NCBI GenBank assembly: GCA_043720065.1
Contig: JAYSTF010000131.1
Span: forward strand, 1 to 59,332
From: Pseudobdellovibrionaceae bacterium
GTDB taxonomy: Bacteria > Bdellovibrionota > Bdellovibrionia > Bdellovibrionales > UBA1609
Direction of reading: 5' to 3'
DNA length: 59,332 bases
Shown here: positions 17,730 to 28,158 of the stretch, in pieces
Position numbering within the stretch: the stretch's first letter is position 1
Layout: each line of letters opens with the position of its first letter
Translations under genes and position numbers: made by a program
The notes under the pieces: model-generated
What the model was told of the DNA's origin: nothing
Databases searched by the model: none
What the model saw: the letters and a program-made list of their open reading frames with translations, nothing else

Positions 17730-18465
17730 AAATAGGAGACGCCAAAAAGTGTTTGTACTCGGATTGGATTTAGAAACAACGGGATTAAATGTCGGGGATT
17801 GCGCGATCATTGAAATCGGTGCCGTACTTTGGGATTGGGAGCGGCAATGCCCGGTTCGGATGATGTCAGAGCTCATTCACTGCGACTCGGAGTTGCCAGC
17901 AGAAATTACGGAGCTTACAGGTATTCTCCCTAAGGATCTTAAGCGCTGGGGAATCCCGCTTTCCGAAGGATTGGTCAGACTACATGCGCTGGCAGTAGAT
18001 GCAGAATATCTGGTGGCACATAATGGGGTTCAGTTTGACCGGTTATTTTTGGAAAAAGCCTGGACGAAATTCCCCACGACGAAAATCGGGTTAGAGTGGA
18101 TCGATACGACGTGTGATTTGCCGGTACCTAAACAGATTCAGACTAGGAAATTATCTTATTTGGCGGCCGAAATGGGTTTCATAAATCCGTTCGCGCATCG
18201 CTCACTGTTTGATGTTTTAACCATGCTTAAAGTGATGTCGCAGTTTGATCGCGACGAAGTTTTGGGGTTACAAAAGTCGCCTCTAAAACGAATTGTCGCG
18301 CAGGTTTCCTATGATGAGCGAGATTTAGCCAAAGCCCAGGGCTTTCGCTGGGATCCGAAAATGCGTTATTGGTACATGGATGCCAAGGAATGCATTTTAG
18401 CTACCAAGAGTTTTCCGTTTCCCACCGAGAACGCCTTAAAAAACCACAAGCTTAATGTAACATAA
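17710..18465 (+). CDS. DEDDh 3'-5' exonuclease (DnaQ-like) with small C-terminal domain
   Basis: DLETTG, AHNGVQFD, AHRSLFD; C-terminal AKAQGFRWDP. Confidence 0.85.
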   Translation: MKKKEVENRRRQKVFVLGLDLETTGLNVGDCAIIEIGAVLWDWERQCPVRMMSELIHCDSELPAEITELTGILPKDLKRWGIPLSEGLVRLHALAVDAEYLVAHNGVQFDRLFLEKAWTKFPTTKIGLEWIDTTCDLPVPKQIQTRKLSYLAAEMGFINPFAHRSLFDVLTMLKVMSQFDRDEVLGLQKSPLKRIVAQVSYDERDLAKAQGFRWDPKMRYWYMDAKECILATKSFPFPTENALKNHKLNVT

Positions 18466-18478
18466 TATAACTTATCAG

Positions 18479-19054
18479 CTATTTTTTGGTGATGCCAACG
18501 AGGTACGACTCGTAGCTGCCTTTGCGAACCGCTTGCGGCTTGAGCTTAATAAGCCTGGCAAATTTCGGTTTCATTTCTTTTGCCAACTTCTCCCCGTCTG
18601 GTCCGTCGAAGAGTTTCATCACGATATGACCGCCGTGTTTCAAATATTTTTTTGAAACTGTGAGGCACATCCGACAAAGCTCTTCGCTTAAGGCTTGGTC
18701 GCGCATTTTGATTCCCGTAGTACTTGGGGCCATATCACTGATGATGACGTCAAAAGGCTCGCCGAAGGCTTGCAGGTCCATGTTTAAAATGTCACCCACA
18801 ATAAATTCCGCATTCGGTGCAGGCTGGATAGTAACCGGCTTTAGATCGATGCCGACTAGATACCCCTTAGCACCAATGAGTTTCAGCGTGACTTGGCTCC
18901 ATGATCCGGGAGAGCAACCTAGATCGAGTACGCGGTGACCCGGTTTGATTAATTTATGTTTGTCTTGAATCTCTTGGAGCTTATAAGCCGACCGAGCAAC
19001 GAATCCGTCGCTCTTGGCTTTATGAAAAAAATGATCTTTCGGGTTATAGCCCAT
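18479..19054 (-). CDS. rlmE: 23S rRNA U2552 2'-O-methyltransferase
   Basis: ARSAYKL, DLGCSPGSW, SDMAP, SYESY. Confidence 0.93.
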   Translation of the reverse strand: MGYNPKDHFFHKAKSDGFVARSAYKLQEIQDKHKLIKPGHRVLDLGCSPGSWSQVTLKLIGAKGYLVGIDLKPVTIQPAPNAEFIVGDILNMDLQAFGEPFDVIISDMAPSTTGIKMRDQALSEELCRMCLTVSKKYLKHGGHIVMKLFDGPDGEKLAKEMKPKFARLIKLKPQAVRKGSYESYLVGITKK

Positions 19055-19079
19055 AGCGGATAGCTATAACTTGAATCCG

Positions 19080-19529
19080 CTACCGATTAGAAGCGTTTTT
19101 GACCGTGTGGCCTGCAACCTTGTCATTGTTTAACAAGCGACGAAGTTGCACGAGTTTTTTATCGATAGCTATAAGGTGTATAGCCACCTGACCCTGGCGG
19201 CAATCGGTTAGCTTCTCAAGCGGCAGAGTAAGATCTTCACCGTCCAACGAGGCGGTTTCGACTTCCTCGTCGCAAATCAAGGAGCAGGAGTCTTGGGTTT
19301 TCAAACACTGCGCTTTGAAAGAAACAAGTTTTGCCTGCTCGGTCTTTACGACTCGCTCTCTCGTTTCAATGGAAATAATCGATAACGAGGCTGCATTTAA
19401 TGAATGTTCATGAGCGGAGCACGCTGAAACGGCCTTTGCGTGTGACGCAGAACAAGTCACCAATTGTCCAGCGTAAGCTGTGGTCGTGAATAGAAGCGTC
19501 AGTGTTAGATGAGTCATGAGCTGTTTCAA
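19080..19529 (-). CDS. Small secreted Cys-rich hypothetical protein
   Basis: Signal peptide AYA-G, six Cys. Confidence 0.65.
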   Translation of the reverse strand: MKQLMTHLTLTLLFTTTAYAGQLVTCSASHAKAVSACSAHEHSLNAASLSIISIETRERVVKTEQAKLVSFKAQCLKTQDSCSLICDEEVETASLDGEDLTLPLEKLTDCRQGQVAIHLIAIDKKLVQLRRLLNNDKVAGHTVKNASNR

Positions 19530-19673
19530 ATCAAACCCCCAAGGTGCAGTCTAATGATGGTCGCTAACTCTATCGGTACAAACGTCGTACCGCGAGAGAT
19601 ACAAGGTGGTTCAATCTTTAGGAATAGTTTTGAACAGTTGTTGAATTGTCAGTCAACTCTTGGGTCACCCATC

Positions 19674-20594
19674 TCATTCTGAGACGGACGAACCCCAGAG
19701 CAGTTCCGCGTTTACGGAACCTGCCGCCCAATGGGCCATGCCGCGTTCGTTATCTATGGCCACCGCGATGGCGGCGAATTCATACTCCTTTTCCTTGGCT
19801 TCGGCAAAAGCTTGGGTCATGGCTAGTTTGAGATCGTGGTGGGCTTCAAAATAGATTGCAATGCGGGGGGAAAGCGCGTGGGCGACAATTTGTTCGCCGA
19901 AGCCTGTGCAGCTAACGGCAACTTTTGTTGTGCAGAAATTGCCTGCGATCGTGGGTGAGTCCCCCACTCTTCCGGGAGTCTCATTACCGACTCCGCCCGT
20001 ACTGGTGAGGGCTGCTAAATGACCGTCCTGATCCAAAGCTACGCAGCCAATCGTGCCGGATTTTCCGGCTGGCTGGCCTTCCGTCAATAAACTCCGTTTA
20101 TGAGCAAGCCAACTCCTTAATCTTTCGGGAGTTGCTAAGGATTGCGACGGCAGACCCATTTTTCGCTTTAACTCAGAGCCGCCAAAAGAGTCGAGGACGG
20201 GAAACCTAGAGCGCTGCAAATGAAGTGCAAGAATCGATGGATGAACGAGCTCTTCGACGTTAATAACGGCAGAAAATTTCTGTTGCCGTGAATCCATAAA
20301 TGAGGCGCTCACGCGGGCAATGCCATCGGCCTGTATGGACGCGCCAAGGCCTGCATTGAATTGCGGATCGCCCTCCAAAGCATTGGCAACGGCCGCGGTA
20401 ATTTCAGGTGCGAACTTTAAGTCTTGTGCCGCTTTGATTGACGCCATTAAAAACCTTCGCGCGGCAAGGAACCGCTCTCCCTTGGGATCCTGCGGACCGG
20501 CTCCACCATGAGCTAAGATCAGCGGCGACGCAGTAAATTTTGCTAAAGGAATCTGTCCCGATTGCACCCTGGCCGGTGTATTTAATTTCAACAT
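19674..20594 (-). CDS. Isoaspartyl peptidase/L-asparaginase (Ntn hydrolase)
   Basis: HGGAG, FNAG, GTIGCVALD, TSTGG, GRVGDSP, TGFGE. Confidence 0.88.
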   Translation of the reverse strand: MLKLNTPARVQSGQIPLAKFTASPLILAHGGAGPQDPKGERFLAARRFLMASIKAAQDLKFAPEITAAVANALEGDPQFNAGLGASIQADGIARVSASFMDSRQQKFSAVINVEELVHPSILALHLQRSRFPVLDSFGGSELKRKMGLPSQSLATPERLRSWLAHKRSLLTEGQPAGKSGTIGCVALDQDGHLAALTSTGGVGNETPGRVGDSPTIAGNFCTTKVAVSCTGFGEQIVAHALSPRIAIYFEAHHDLKLAMTQAFAEAKEKEYEFAAIAVAIDNERGMAHWAAGSVNAELLWGSSVSE

Positions 20595-20704
20595 AATGGT
20601 CCTGATCTTGGCCTTTAGTCCGGCTCTTCATGCGAAGATTAAACTCAGGGTTAGGAGTCTCCGAAACATGTATATAGATACCTGCATTCGGGGAGATTTG
20701 CATC

Positions 20705-21463
20705 TTGTTATCAACTTGGTGGCGCTGGATTATTGGAAGATTTTTTATTGTGGATCCGGTTCAGGATTCGGCCACTTATATGGCAAGAGTTCATGGAATA
20801 GATCGTCGAAAACACACTCGTGTGAGAGTCCCAGCTGTCGCCATACCTCTATTCCCCTACCTCAATTATAACCAGGTTCGTCTTCCGCTCATTGATGTGA
20901 GCATCGGTGGGGCTTGCATTAACGACCTCAAGCAATACCTGACAGGTGAGGTGGGACATACTGTTCGTATGGATCTTTGTTGGCCAAAGGACACCGAAAC
21001 GCTCGACGTTTGCGTTATTGCGGCCTCCCGCCACACGAATAGGCATCTAAAATTTCAAAATATAAGTCCCGGCTCCCTAGCTCGCCTAAGCATGTTGGTT
21101 CGTTCAGGTAGCGCCGGGCAAAAAATGCGTTTGGCCCCAAGTCTAAGTAGTAGTGTTATTCAACTGCAGGCAACTGAGCTTTGGACTGGAGTTAACGGCG
21201 ACAGTGTTACGCTATTTGATACCGGTGAGAAGACGGCGTTGGTCTGCTGCTGCGCCACGACTGTGGCATTTTATAACGGCTTACCGCCGCAAACCGTTCT
21301 TAAGCGAGACGGCTCAAACACCAGACCCGCTCTTCCCGTTGAAGTGGCGGATGCTCTGATATGCTTAGTGAACATTGAAAATCCATCGCCACGAGTTTCG
21401 CGTTTGATTATGTCTGTCTCAAGTCATGCTCATCAATGGGCTAAAACTGGGACGGAAGTATGA
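20705..21463 (+). CDS. PilZ-domain protein
   Basis: RRKHTR (RxxxR) and DVSIGG (DxSxxG). Confidence 0.75.
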   Translation: MLSTWWRWIIGRFFIVDPVQDSATYMARVHGIDRRKHTRVRVPAVAIPLFPYLNYNQVRLPLIDVSIGGACINDLKQYLTGEVGHTVRMDLCWPKDTETLDVCVIAASRHTNRHLKFQNISPGSLARLSMLVRSGSAGQKMRLAPSLSSSVIQLQATELWTGVNGDSVTLFDTGEKTALVCCCATTVAFYNGLPPQTVLKRDGSNTRPALPVEVADALICLVNIENPSPRVSRLIMSVSSHAHQWAKTGTEV

Positions 21464-23502
21464 AGACTACGTTTGAAAACTTTTGTCCGCGTTTAAAAGC
21501 CGGTCGCATTATCCCTCAAGGGCGACGGATGGTTTACGAAACGGCCGACGGGAAACAGCAAATCGTGCTGCCTATTGAAATTGCCGACGCTATTTTATTA
21601 TCCACTGGTGCCTACACCATGCGCCAGATTATCGAGAAAATCTTTAAGCGCAAAGGTGGCTTGCACTTTCGTACGCTCTTTAAAGCCATTCACCAGCTTT
21701 GCGACCATGGTTTTTTTGAAAATGGCGATGAACTGGAAAGCCATAGCTGGTGGACCTCGCCGGGATTGGGTAAGGAGAGTTTTGTTCGCGATCGTTTAAT
21801 TCTAAAGCCGCGCCATGGTTCTACTTTAAGTCCACTGCGATTTTATTTTTTAAGTCTTTTGACTCTGGCCCTGGCCGGGCTCTCGCTCGTCGACGTATCG
21901 TGGCCGCTGATCGACCCTGCCTCATTAAATATCGCAGATTCCACTCTCCTTTCCCTTGTATGTTTATGGCTCTTAAATTCCCTGATTCTATCAGCAAAGA
22001 ATATCCTTAAACTGGTTTACCAGACGTTATTAACTGGGACGGTTTTCGGGATGCACTTACGGCTTAGCCCGTGGGGCTTGTTTTTAAAGACGATCGATGA
22101 GCCGGTTTTCTTGATCACAAACCCGCTTTTTCTTTGCCTCTACCATTTTGGTTTAGTTTTCTCGACGTTATTCGTGGTTTGGCCACTCGTAGAGATAAAT
22201 GTCGAAATTCATCAAGCCGCCCTTTCTCTCGCCTTCTTGCAAATCGTCTTTGATTTCTCGCCATTTTCAAAAAGTGAATTTATGCGGAGCATGAGGGCCA
22301 TGTTGAGCTTAAGTGACAGCGACTTGGTCGCAGGCTACCTAAAGGACAATTCTCTTCTGTCTTTACTTGAGCCCGTTGGACAACCGAGTTTAAGTATGCG
22401 ACTTCGCCGCTGGTTCCAGCTCTATAATTGGGTTTGGAGTGCCGGGATGCTCACAATGGCTGTTGCCGGCTGCCGCTTGGTGGGTGAGCTGGCATCACAA
22501 AATGGATTTAGTTTATATACGTTAGAGTGGTTCGGTTACGCTGGCATCGGATTCTGGGTCCTGCAACATGTCGCGGACCAATCTAAAAATACATTTAAGA
22601 GAGTATTTATTGTTAAGTCAAAGCTTCTCGTACTGCGTTTAAGGAAATGGCGCGACTCTGCCTGGCCACATGATCGGTTGATGGATGCCCTGCTCCAGCT
22701 ACCATTGTTTTCGTATTTCAGCACCGGACTTTTGGAGAAGGTATTGCTTCAATCAGAAATGCTTAAAGTTCGGGTTGGGTCCAGGCTTATCACTCAAGGT
22801 GAGATAGGAAAGCATCTGTTTGTGCTTCTTGATGGCTCCCTTGGCATTGAGCGTTCAAGCGTGAACGAAGGGCGAAAGCCGCTAAACTCCCTTCGGCCGG
22901 TCTCGATTTTTGGCGAAATGGCGATTGTTGAAGAGAGCGAGCGAACTGCTGACGTCGTTGCGAAAGAAGACTCGACGGTCCTGAAAATTCCTGCAACCGT
23001 TCTGCGGTCCGCCGCGAGCCAGTCGCAATACATGCGGGAAATTGAAGCATTTTGTAACGCAATTATCGTGAACCAATTTTTTACATCGGCGCCAATGTTT
23101 AGGCATCTCCCCCATGATGTCATCCATGATATAACAATGAGATCGAGTTTGAAGCGGCTCACTAACGGCGAGGTTGTTATTCGCCAAGGTGAACCGGGTC
23201 GAAGTTTCTTTATGATTTTGCGCGGATCTGTGGAAGTAGGAATTGACGGCCAGGTGATCAAACGCATTCGTCAGGGTGGCTTTGTGGGTGAAATTTCATT
23301 AATCGCGGATATCCCTAGAACAGCTACTGTACGGGCGCATGAACCAACGATTGTCTTAGAAATGGCGGCATCCAGTTTCTGGGAAGTCTTATCGCAGAAC
23401 ATTGAGCTTGCGATGTTCGTTGAGGCCGTTGGCGAGTCGCGCTTAAACGAAGACCTTCAAAGCTCAGCAGGCGAACCCGATTTGTCGCGCACGGCGGGTT
23501 AA
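21460..23502 (+). CDS. Membrane protein with two C-terminal cyclic-nucleotide-binding domains
   Basis: Multiple TM helices; FGEMA..RTADV and VGEISL..RTATV. Confidence 0.85.
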   Translation: MKTTFENFCPRLKAGRIIPQGRRMVYETADGKQQIVLPIEIADAILLSTGAYTMRQIIEKIFKRKGGLHFRTLFKAIHQLCDHGFFENGDELESHSWWTSPGLGKESFVRDRLILKPRHGSTLSPLRFYFLSLLTLALAGLSLVDVSWPLIDPASLNIADSTLLSLVCLWLLNSLILSAKNILKLVYQTLLTGTVFGMHLRLSPWGLFLKTIDEPVFLITNPLFLCLYHFGLVFSTLFVVWPLVEINVEIHQAALSLAFLQIVFDFSPFSKSEFMRSMRAMLSLSDSDLVAGYLKDNSLLSLLEPVGQPSLSMRLRRWFQLYNWVWSAGMLTMAVAGCRLVGELASQNGFSLYTLEWFGYAGIGFWVLQHVADQSKNTFKRVFIVKSKLLVLRLRKWRDSAWPHDRLMDALLQLPLFSYFSTGLLEKVLLQSEMLKVRVGSRLITQGEIGKHLFVLLDGSLGIERSSVNEGRKPLNSLRPVSIFGEMAIVEESERTADVVAKEDSTVLKIPATVLRSAASQSQYMREIEAFCNAIIVNQFFTSAPMFRHLPHDVIHDITMRSSLKRLTNGEVVIRQGEPGRSFFMILRGSVEVGIDGQVIKRIRQGGFVGEISLIADIPRTATVRAHEPTIVLEMAASSFWEVLSQNIELAMFVEAVGESRLNEDLQSSAGEPDLSRTAG

Positions 23503-23506
23503 TTTA

Positions 23507-25312
23507 GTGGAACCCGACCAGAGCGCGCTCTTTTTTAATCTCGTAATGGTTTTAGGGTCGGCCACCGTTGTGGCATCGGTATTTCACCTAATGCGTCTGC
23601 CCCCAATGGTCGGGTTTTTGGTTGCCGGGGTTTTGGTCGGCCCAAACGGTTTCAAATTTGTAAGTTCCATCGGCGAAGTTGAAGTCCTTGCTGAAATCGC
23701 GGCCGTGCTACTTTTGTTTACACTTGGATTAGAGTTCAGCTGGAAGACGGTGCTTTCACTAAGAAAACTTTTGATCAACTTAGGATTGTTTCAAGTCCTA
23801 CTTACCGCCATCGTAGTGGCGACTGGTGCGCGCTGGATATGGGATTTAACCTGGGCGCAAGGGATATTCGCCGGCGTTTTGGTGGCGATGAGTTCCACGG
23901 CCGCGGTACTTAAACTTCTACACGATCAACGCCATATTGAAACGCCATTCGGCAAGGCTTGCCTTGGAATACTATTATCGCAAGATTTAGTAGTGATGAT
24001 CATACTCCTCCTTCTCCCTCTCTTAAGCGAGACGGGCGCAACGGCATGGGCGTCACTCTCTTGGTGGCAGGTCGGGGAATTCTTTTCTCGAGGAGCGATC
24101 GTCATAGGGATTTTAGTCCTAGGAACACGATATTTTGTACCGCTGTTTTTAGATCTGGTTAGTCACACCAAGAGTCGTGAAGTCTTCTTCTTTGCAATTA
24201 TTTTCCTTTGCGCTTCTATTGCAATGCTGATGCAACACCTTGGGCTTTCGCTCTCCCTTGGGGCATTTTGTGCTGGAGTGATGGTCTCTGAATCCCCATA
24301 TGGGCGGCAGACTATCTCCGACTTCACTCCCCTGCGTAATAACTTTTTAGGGATTTTCTTTGTCGCCATCGGAATGCTTTTGAATCTTCAGTATGTTCAA
24401 GAGAACTGGCTCATGGTGGCTAGCGTCCTCACGGCAGTGATCATCATAAAAGCGTTTTTAATCATGGGAATTATGTGGGTCCTTGGGAATCCTGCGACCA
24501 TCGCCGTCGCAACGGGACTGATTCTTGCGCAGATCGGAGAGTTCTCATTCATCCTGCTCGATACCGGTCGAAAGATAGGCCTTGTAGATGAGGGGGGCCG
24601 CCAACTTGTGCTGGCCATTGCGATAGGAAGCCTCGCTTTGACCCCATTCCTTTATCGCCTTGCCTTAGCCGCGGCTTTCCGAGTGGACTATGATCATATC
24701 GTACCAAAGCAGCTCAAGAATCTAGCACTAGAACTTAGGAAATCGTTAGTGAGACACCCCATGCAAGTGCGTGTGGAGGAGACCGATCTAAAGCTATCCG
24801 CACTTGAAAAACTAGAGAACCACACTTTACTGATAGGCTTTGGGATCGCGGCGCAAAACCTTGCGAGCACTTTTAGAGACTTAAAGTTACCTTACCGGGT
24901 CTTAGAGATGAACCACACAACAGTTAAGACATACGCCGCGCGCGAACCGATTTTTTTTGGCGACGCCACCCAAACAGAGACGTTAAAAGCGCTTCATGTT
25001 GAATCGGCCCAGCTTGTTGTGATTGCTGTCACCGGAGCTGAGATCTCAGGTGCGATTCATCGAACGGTTCGACAACTGAATGACCGCGTGCCCGTCATCG
25101 TACGAACTCAGTATTTAAAGGATCTTAACCAGATTGAAGACCATGGTCGAACGGACATAGTTATTGCGGAGTTCGAAGGGACTCTTGCCTTAATTAGCCG
25201 TGCTATGACCGCCTATGGCCTTGGCGAAGATGCACTTCAGGAATTTTTACGCCAAGCTAGACGCCGTTTGAACCAAGAGCATCGCAAGAGCCGTTCTGCG
25301 GCGCCCCAATAG
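23507..25312 (+). CDS. Kef-type monovalent cation/H+ antiporter (CPA2) with KTN domain
   Basis: LLFTLGLE, SSTA, LSQD, QIGEFSF, GDAT. Confidence 0.9.
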   Translation: MEPDQSALFFNLVMVLGSATVVASVFHLMRLPPMVGFLVAGVLVGPNGFKFVSSIGEVEVLAEIAAVLLLFTLGLEFSWKTVLSLRKLLINLGLFQVLLTAIVVATGARWIWDLTWAQGIFAGVLVAMSSTAAVLKLLHDQRHIETPFGKACLGILLSQDLVVMIILLLLPLLSETGATAWASLSWWQVGEFFSRGAIVIGILVLGTRYFVPLFLDLVSHTKSREVFFFAIIFLCASIAMLMQHLGLSLSLGAFCAGVMVSESPYGRQTISDFTPLRNNFLGIFFVAIGMLLNLQYVQENWLMVASVLTAVIIIKAFLIMGIMWVLGNPATIAVATGLILAQIGEFSFILLDTGRKIGLVDEGGRQLVLAIAIGSLALTPFLYRLALAAAFRVDYDHIVPKQLKNLALELRKSLVRHPMQVRVEETDLKLSALEKLENHTLLIGFGIAAQNLASTFRDLKLPYRVLEMNHTTVKTYAAREPIFFGDATQTETLKALHVESAQLVVIAVTGAEISGAIHRTVRQLNDRVPVIVRTQYLKDLNQIEDHGRTDIVIAEFEGTLALISRAMTAYGLGEDALQEFLRQARRRLNQEHRKSRSAAPQ

Positions 25313-25351
25313 TTTGACTGTCCTCCCCGCCTCCTCGAGAATCTAACATTC

Positions 25352-26200
25352 ATGAGACAATTAATCCTGCTCGCCATAATTATGTATTGCGCATTATCCT
25401 CAGCTAGGGAGTCCTCGATTTCTGCGGTTGAGCAAGCTTGCCGTACGGAGCTTAAAGCCATCCCCGGTGCCTTTAATTACGACGAGATCGATGCTGTCTG
25501 CAAAGGGGCTAAGCAGCTGGAGTCTTGTACGAGCGATCAAGGTCGACCCATTTTTCATTTTGAAAAAACAGGCTCGACCTCAAAGGGAAAGAAAATTTTG
25601 GCGATGTCGCTCATTCACGGCGACGAGCGCCCATCCGGCTCCGTGACTCGGGCATGGCTTAGCCGACTTGGAAAAATCGATCCGAGAAATTCTTGGCGCG
25701 TTATCCCGGTAGCCAACCCTGATGGTTTTCACACCGACACACGAATGAACGCCAAAGGTGTGGACCTCAATCGAAACTTCCCGACAAAAGAATGGGAGGC
25801 GGCAGCTCTGAAAAGCTGGAAGACCACGACGAAATCCGACCCTCGCCGGTATCCCGGAGCGTCTGCCGCAAGCGAAACAGAAACAAAATGCTTACTTAAA
25901 CACTTCGAAGACTTTAAGCCGGATTTTATTATTTCAATTCACACTCCCATCGGGGTTCTAGATTTCGATGGCCCGCCGGTGCGAGTGCCGAAAAACTCTC
26001 CCCTCCCTTGGACTCCGCTTGGAAATTTCCCAGGCAGCCTTGGCCGCTACATGTGGAAAGACAATAATATTCCAGTGTTAACGATTGAGCTTAAAGGAAA
26101 TGCTGGTGTAGCGAAACTCGAACAGCTCGACCAACTGCAAGATATCTCAGGCTCCTTGGCTATTCAGGCCAAGGGCACAAAGAGCGAGGCGAAAAATTAA
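25352..26200 (+). CDS. Secreted M14 murein peptide amidase (MpaA-like)
   Basis: HGDE, NPDG, RMNAKGVDLNRNF, SIH, TIEL. Confidence 0.85.
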   Translation: MRQLILLAIIMYCALSSARESSISAVEQACRTELKAIPGAFNYDEIDAVCKGAKQLESCTSDQGRPIFHFEKTGSTSKGKKILAMSLIHGDERPSGSVTRAWLSRLGKIDPRNSWRVIPVANPDGFHTDTRMNAKGVDLNRNFPTKEWEAAALKSWKTTTKSDPRRYPGASAASETETKCLLKHFEDFKPDFIISIHTPIGVLDFDGPPVRVPKNSPLPWTPLGNFPGSLGRYMWKDNNIPVLTIELKGNAGVAKLEQLDQLQDISGSLAIQAKGTKSEAKN

Positions 26201-26219
26201 AACGAAATTCAGTTCCGTC

Positions 26220-26618
26220 GTGAAAAAAGAAATGATCGATGCCGCCCGAGAGGTTTTGAAAAACGCCTACTCGCCCTACTCAAAGTACCGCGTCGCCGCT
26301 GCAGTGCTTGATGAACGGGGCCGAGTGTCTGTCGGATGCAACGTTGAAAACGCCAGTTATGGCGCCACCGTGTGCGCTGAGCGAGTCGCAATCTTCAATG
26401 CCGTAGCTCACGGCGCAAAACGAATTGAAGCTGTTGTGATCATGACCGAGAGCAAAAAACCCTGGCCACCTTGCGGGATGTGCCGCCAAGTTTTGCTAGA
26501 ATTCGCGGACTTAAAAACCCCTGTGCTGTTGAAGAGCACTAAGGGGCCGTCGAAGCAGCTTAAGCTGAAAGCCTTGTGCCCGCTTCAGTTCTCCCCGGCT
26601 CAAATGAAAAACAAGTAA
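26220..26618 (+). CDS. cdd: Cytidine deaminase
   Basis: AYSPYS, NVENASY, CAER, PCGMCRQ. Confidence 0.95.
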   Translation: MKKEMIDAAREVLKNAYSPYSKYRVAAAVLDERGRVSVGCNVENASYGATVCAERVAIFNAVAHGAKRIEAVVIMTESKKPWPPCGMCRQVLLEFADLKTPVLLKSTKGPSKQLKLKALCPLQFSPAQMKNK

Positions 26619-26637
26619 TTTTTATATACAGGCAGGA

Positions 26638-27125
26638 GTGCCAGTGAAACCTCCATGCATGCAAAAGAGCATTTTGGATTTCACGGATTACCGGGCCTTT
26701 TTGAACGCGCATTACGAGGATCGTAAGCGGCAGAACAAACATTTTTCGTTTGGTGTATGGGCCCGGAGCCTTGGTTTAAAGAACAACACCTCTTTGCTTA
26801 AGATTCTAAAAGGGTCTCGTAACGCTGGCCCCGCCATTCAAGAGCAATTGGTTAAATATTTTGCGTTCGATGATCGGGAGCGAGCTTATTTCTCCGATCT
26901 AGTTCAGCTTGCGAAGGTAAAGTCCGATTCTGCTTTGCATGGAACTCTCCCTTTAAGCAAAGTGATATGAGCATGGCCAAGGATTTTTTAAACTCCATGG
27001 TCGATCAATTCGAAGTTCGTTTTGGCAAGAATCCAGAGGCGGATTCCGTTTATCAACTACAGATCGCATTTATACCTTTGACTAAAGAAAATCAAAAAAA
27101 GAGGAAAGTGGAAAATGAAAAATAA
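26638..27125 (+). pseudogene. TIGR02147/DUF4423-type regulator with internal deletion and frameshift
   Basis: N-terminal DYRAFL..NKHFSF..WARSLG to 26970; C-terminal signature DSVYQLQIAFIPLTK in another frame (26973-27125); middle missing. Confidence 0.7.
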
Positions 27126-28158
27126 ATTTGCGCTCATTGCGCTCTCGAGCCTTCTCGCATTGCCCATAGCGAATGCCGATCGAGTGCGCAACGGTGGGCA
27201 CTTTACGGAGCTTGAATTCACTGCACTTGCGTATGATTTGCATGATGCGCTGGTTGCGGCCAGAGCGCGCGAAAAGCTGGAAATTCCGGTGGATCTTCAT
27301 CGCCTGAAGCGAGTGATCGCAACCGCCACGTTCCGGGTGCTTGGCTTTATGCCAAAGATTAATGGGAAAGTGCGCCATGCAGTCAATGAACCCGATCTCC
27401 TTTCAGTTGAATTTAATGAGGATGAATTTAAATCTGCGCCGCTCCGTCGAAAATACCAAATGATTTTCCATGAGCTCTATCCATTGGTAGATATCGACGA
27501 CACTGGTCATCATAAATCAATTCCTCAGGTGGTTCAGCTCGAGCGGCTTGGCCTTTTGAATATGAAAAAATCAGAGTCTGACGTGACTCCTGCTTTGCTT
27601 GAGAGTGCCTACGATGACGAAAGACGTGAGGGGATGAGTGCCTCGGATGTGGCTCATCTTTGCGCGCAAAAAAAGGAACTGCACGGAGAAACGTACTTCG
27701 TAGTTTACTGCCATTATATTGAGAAATCTTGGAAAGAGCCCTATAAGTTTGAGCGCCGCGAGAATTCCCACGAGCATTGGTTCGATAGGGATCGAAAGAA
27801 CATGCCTTGGCGCGAGGTTCATCGTTACTTGCACTCGCACGTCAAAGAATCAGGGCTCGCCAAGGTCGAGAGTTATGGAGTCCGCATCTATGGTATCGGA
27901 CTTACCGAGCAATTGCCCTGGAGAGTGCTAATCGACAGCCAAAACTACGGCGATGGATTTGGTGGACGCCACTTTAGAACCAGATTTCAAGCCCTCGAGT
28001 CTTGCCGAACTCTCGTTTAAAAATTGGACTCCGGATCCTTACGCTTTTACCGCGCCAGTTGCAGAACTGCCTTTAATCCTGAAAACGAAATGTACACATA
28101 TGAAGTCATCACGCAAAACCCGATGGTTGGCGCAACGGTGACAAAGGAGAACCAATGA
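27115..28158 (+). pseudogene. Secreted hypothetical protein with probable premature stop at 28018-28020
   Basis: Signal peptide, DRVRNGG, IFHEL; frame stays open 45 codons past TAA and ends in an ATGA overlap with the next gene. Confidence 0.55.

Noticed and set aside
27990-28020. C-terminal SCRTLV as a fourth example of the C-x3-L tag
   Set aside because: Spacing differs and the stop appears premature, so this is not the true terminus
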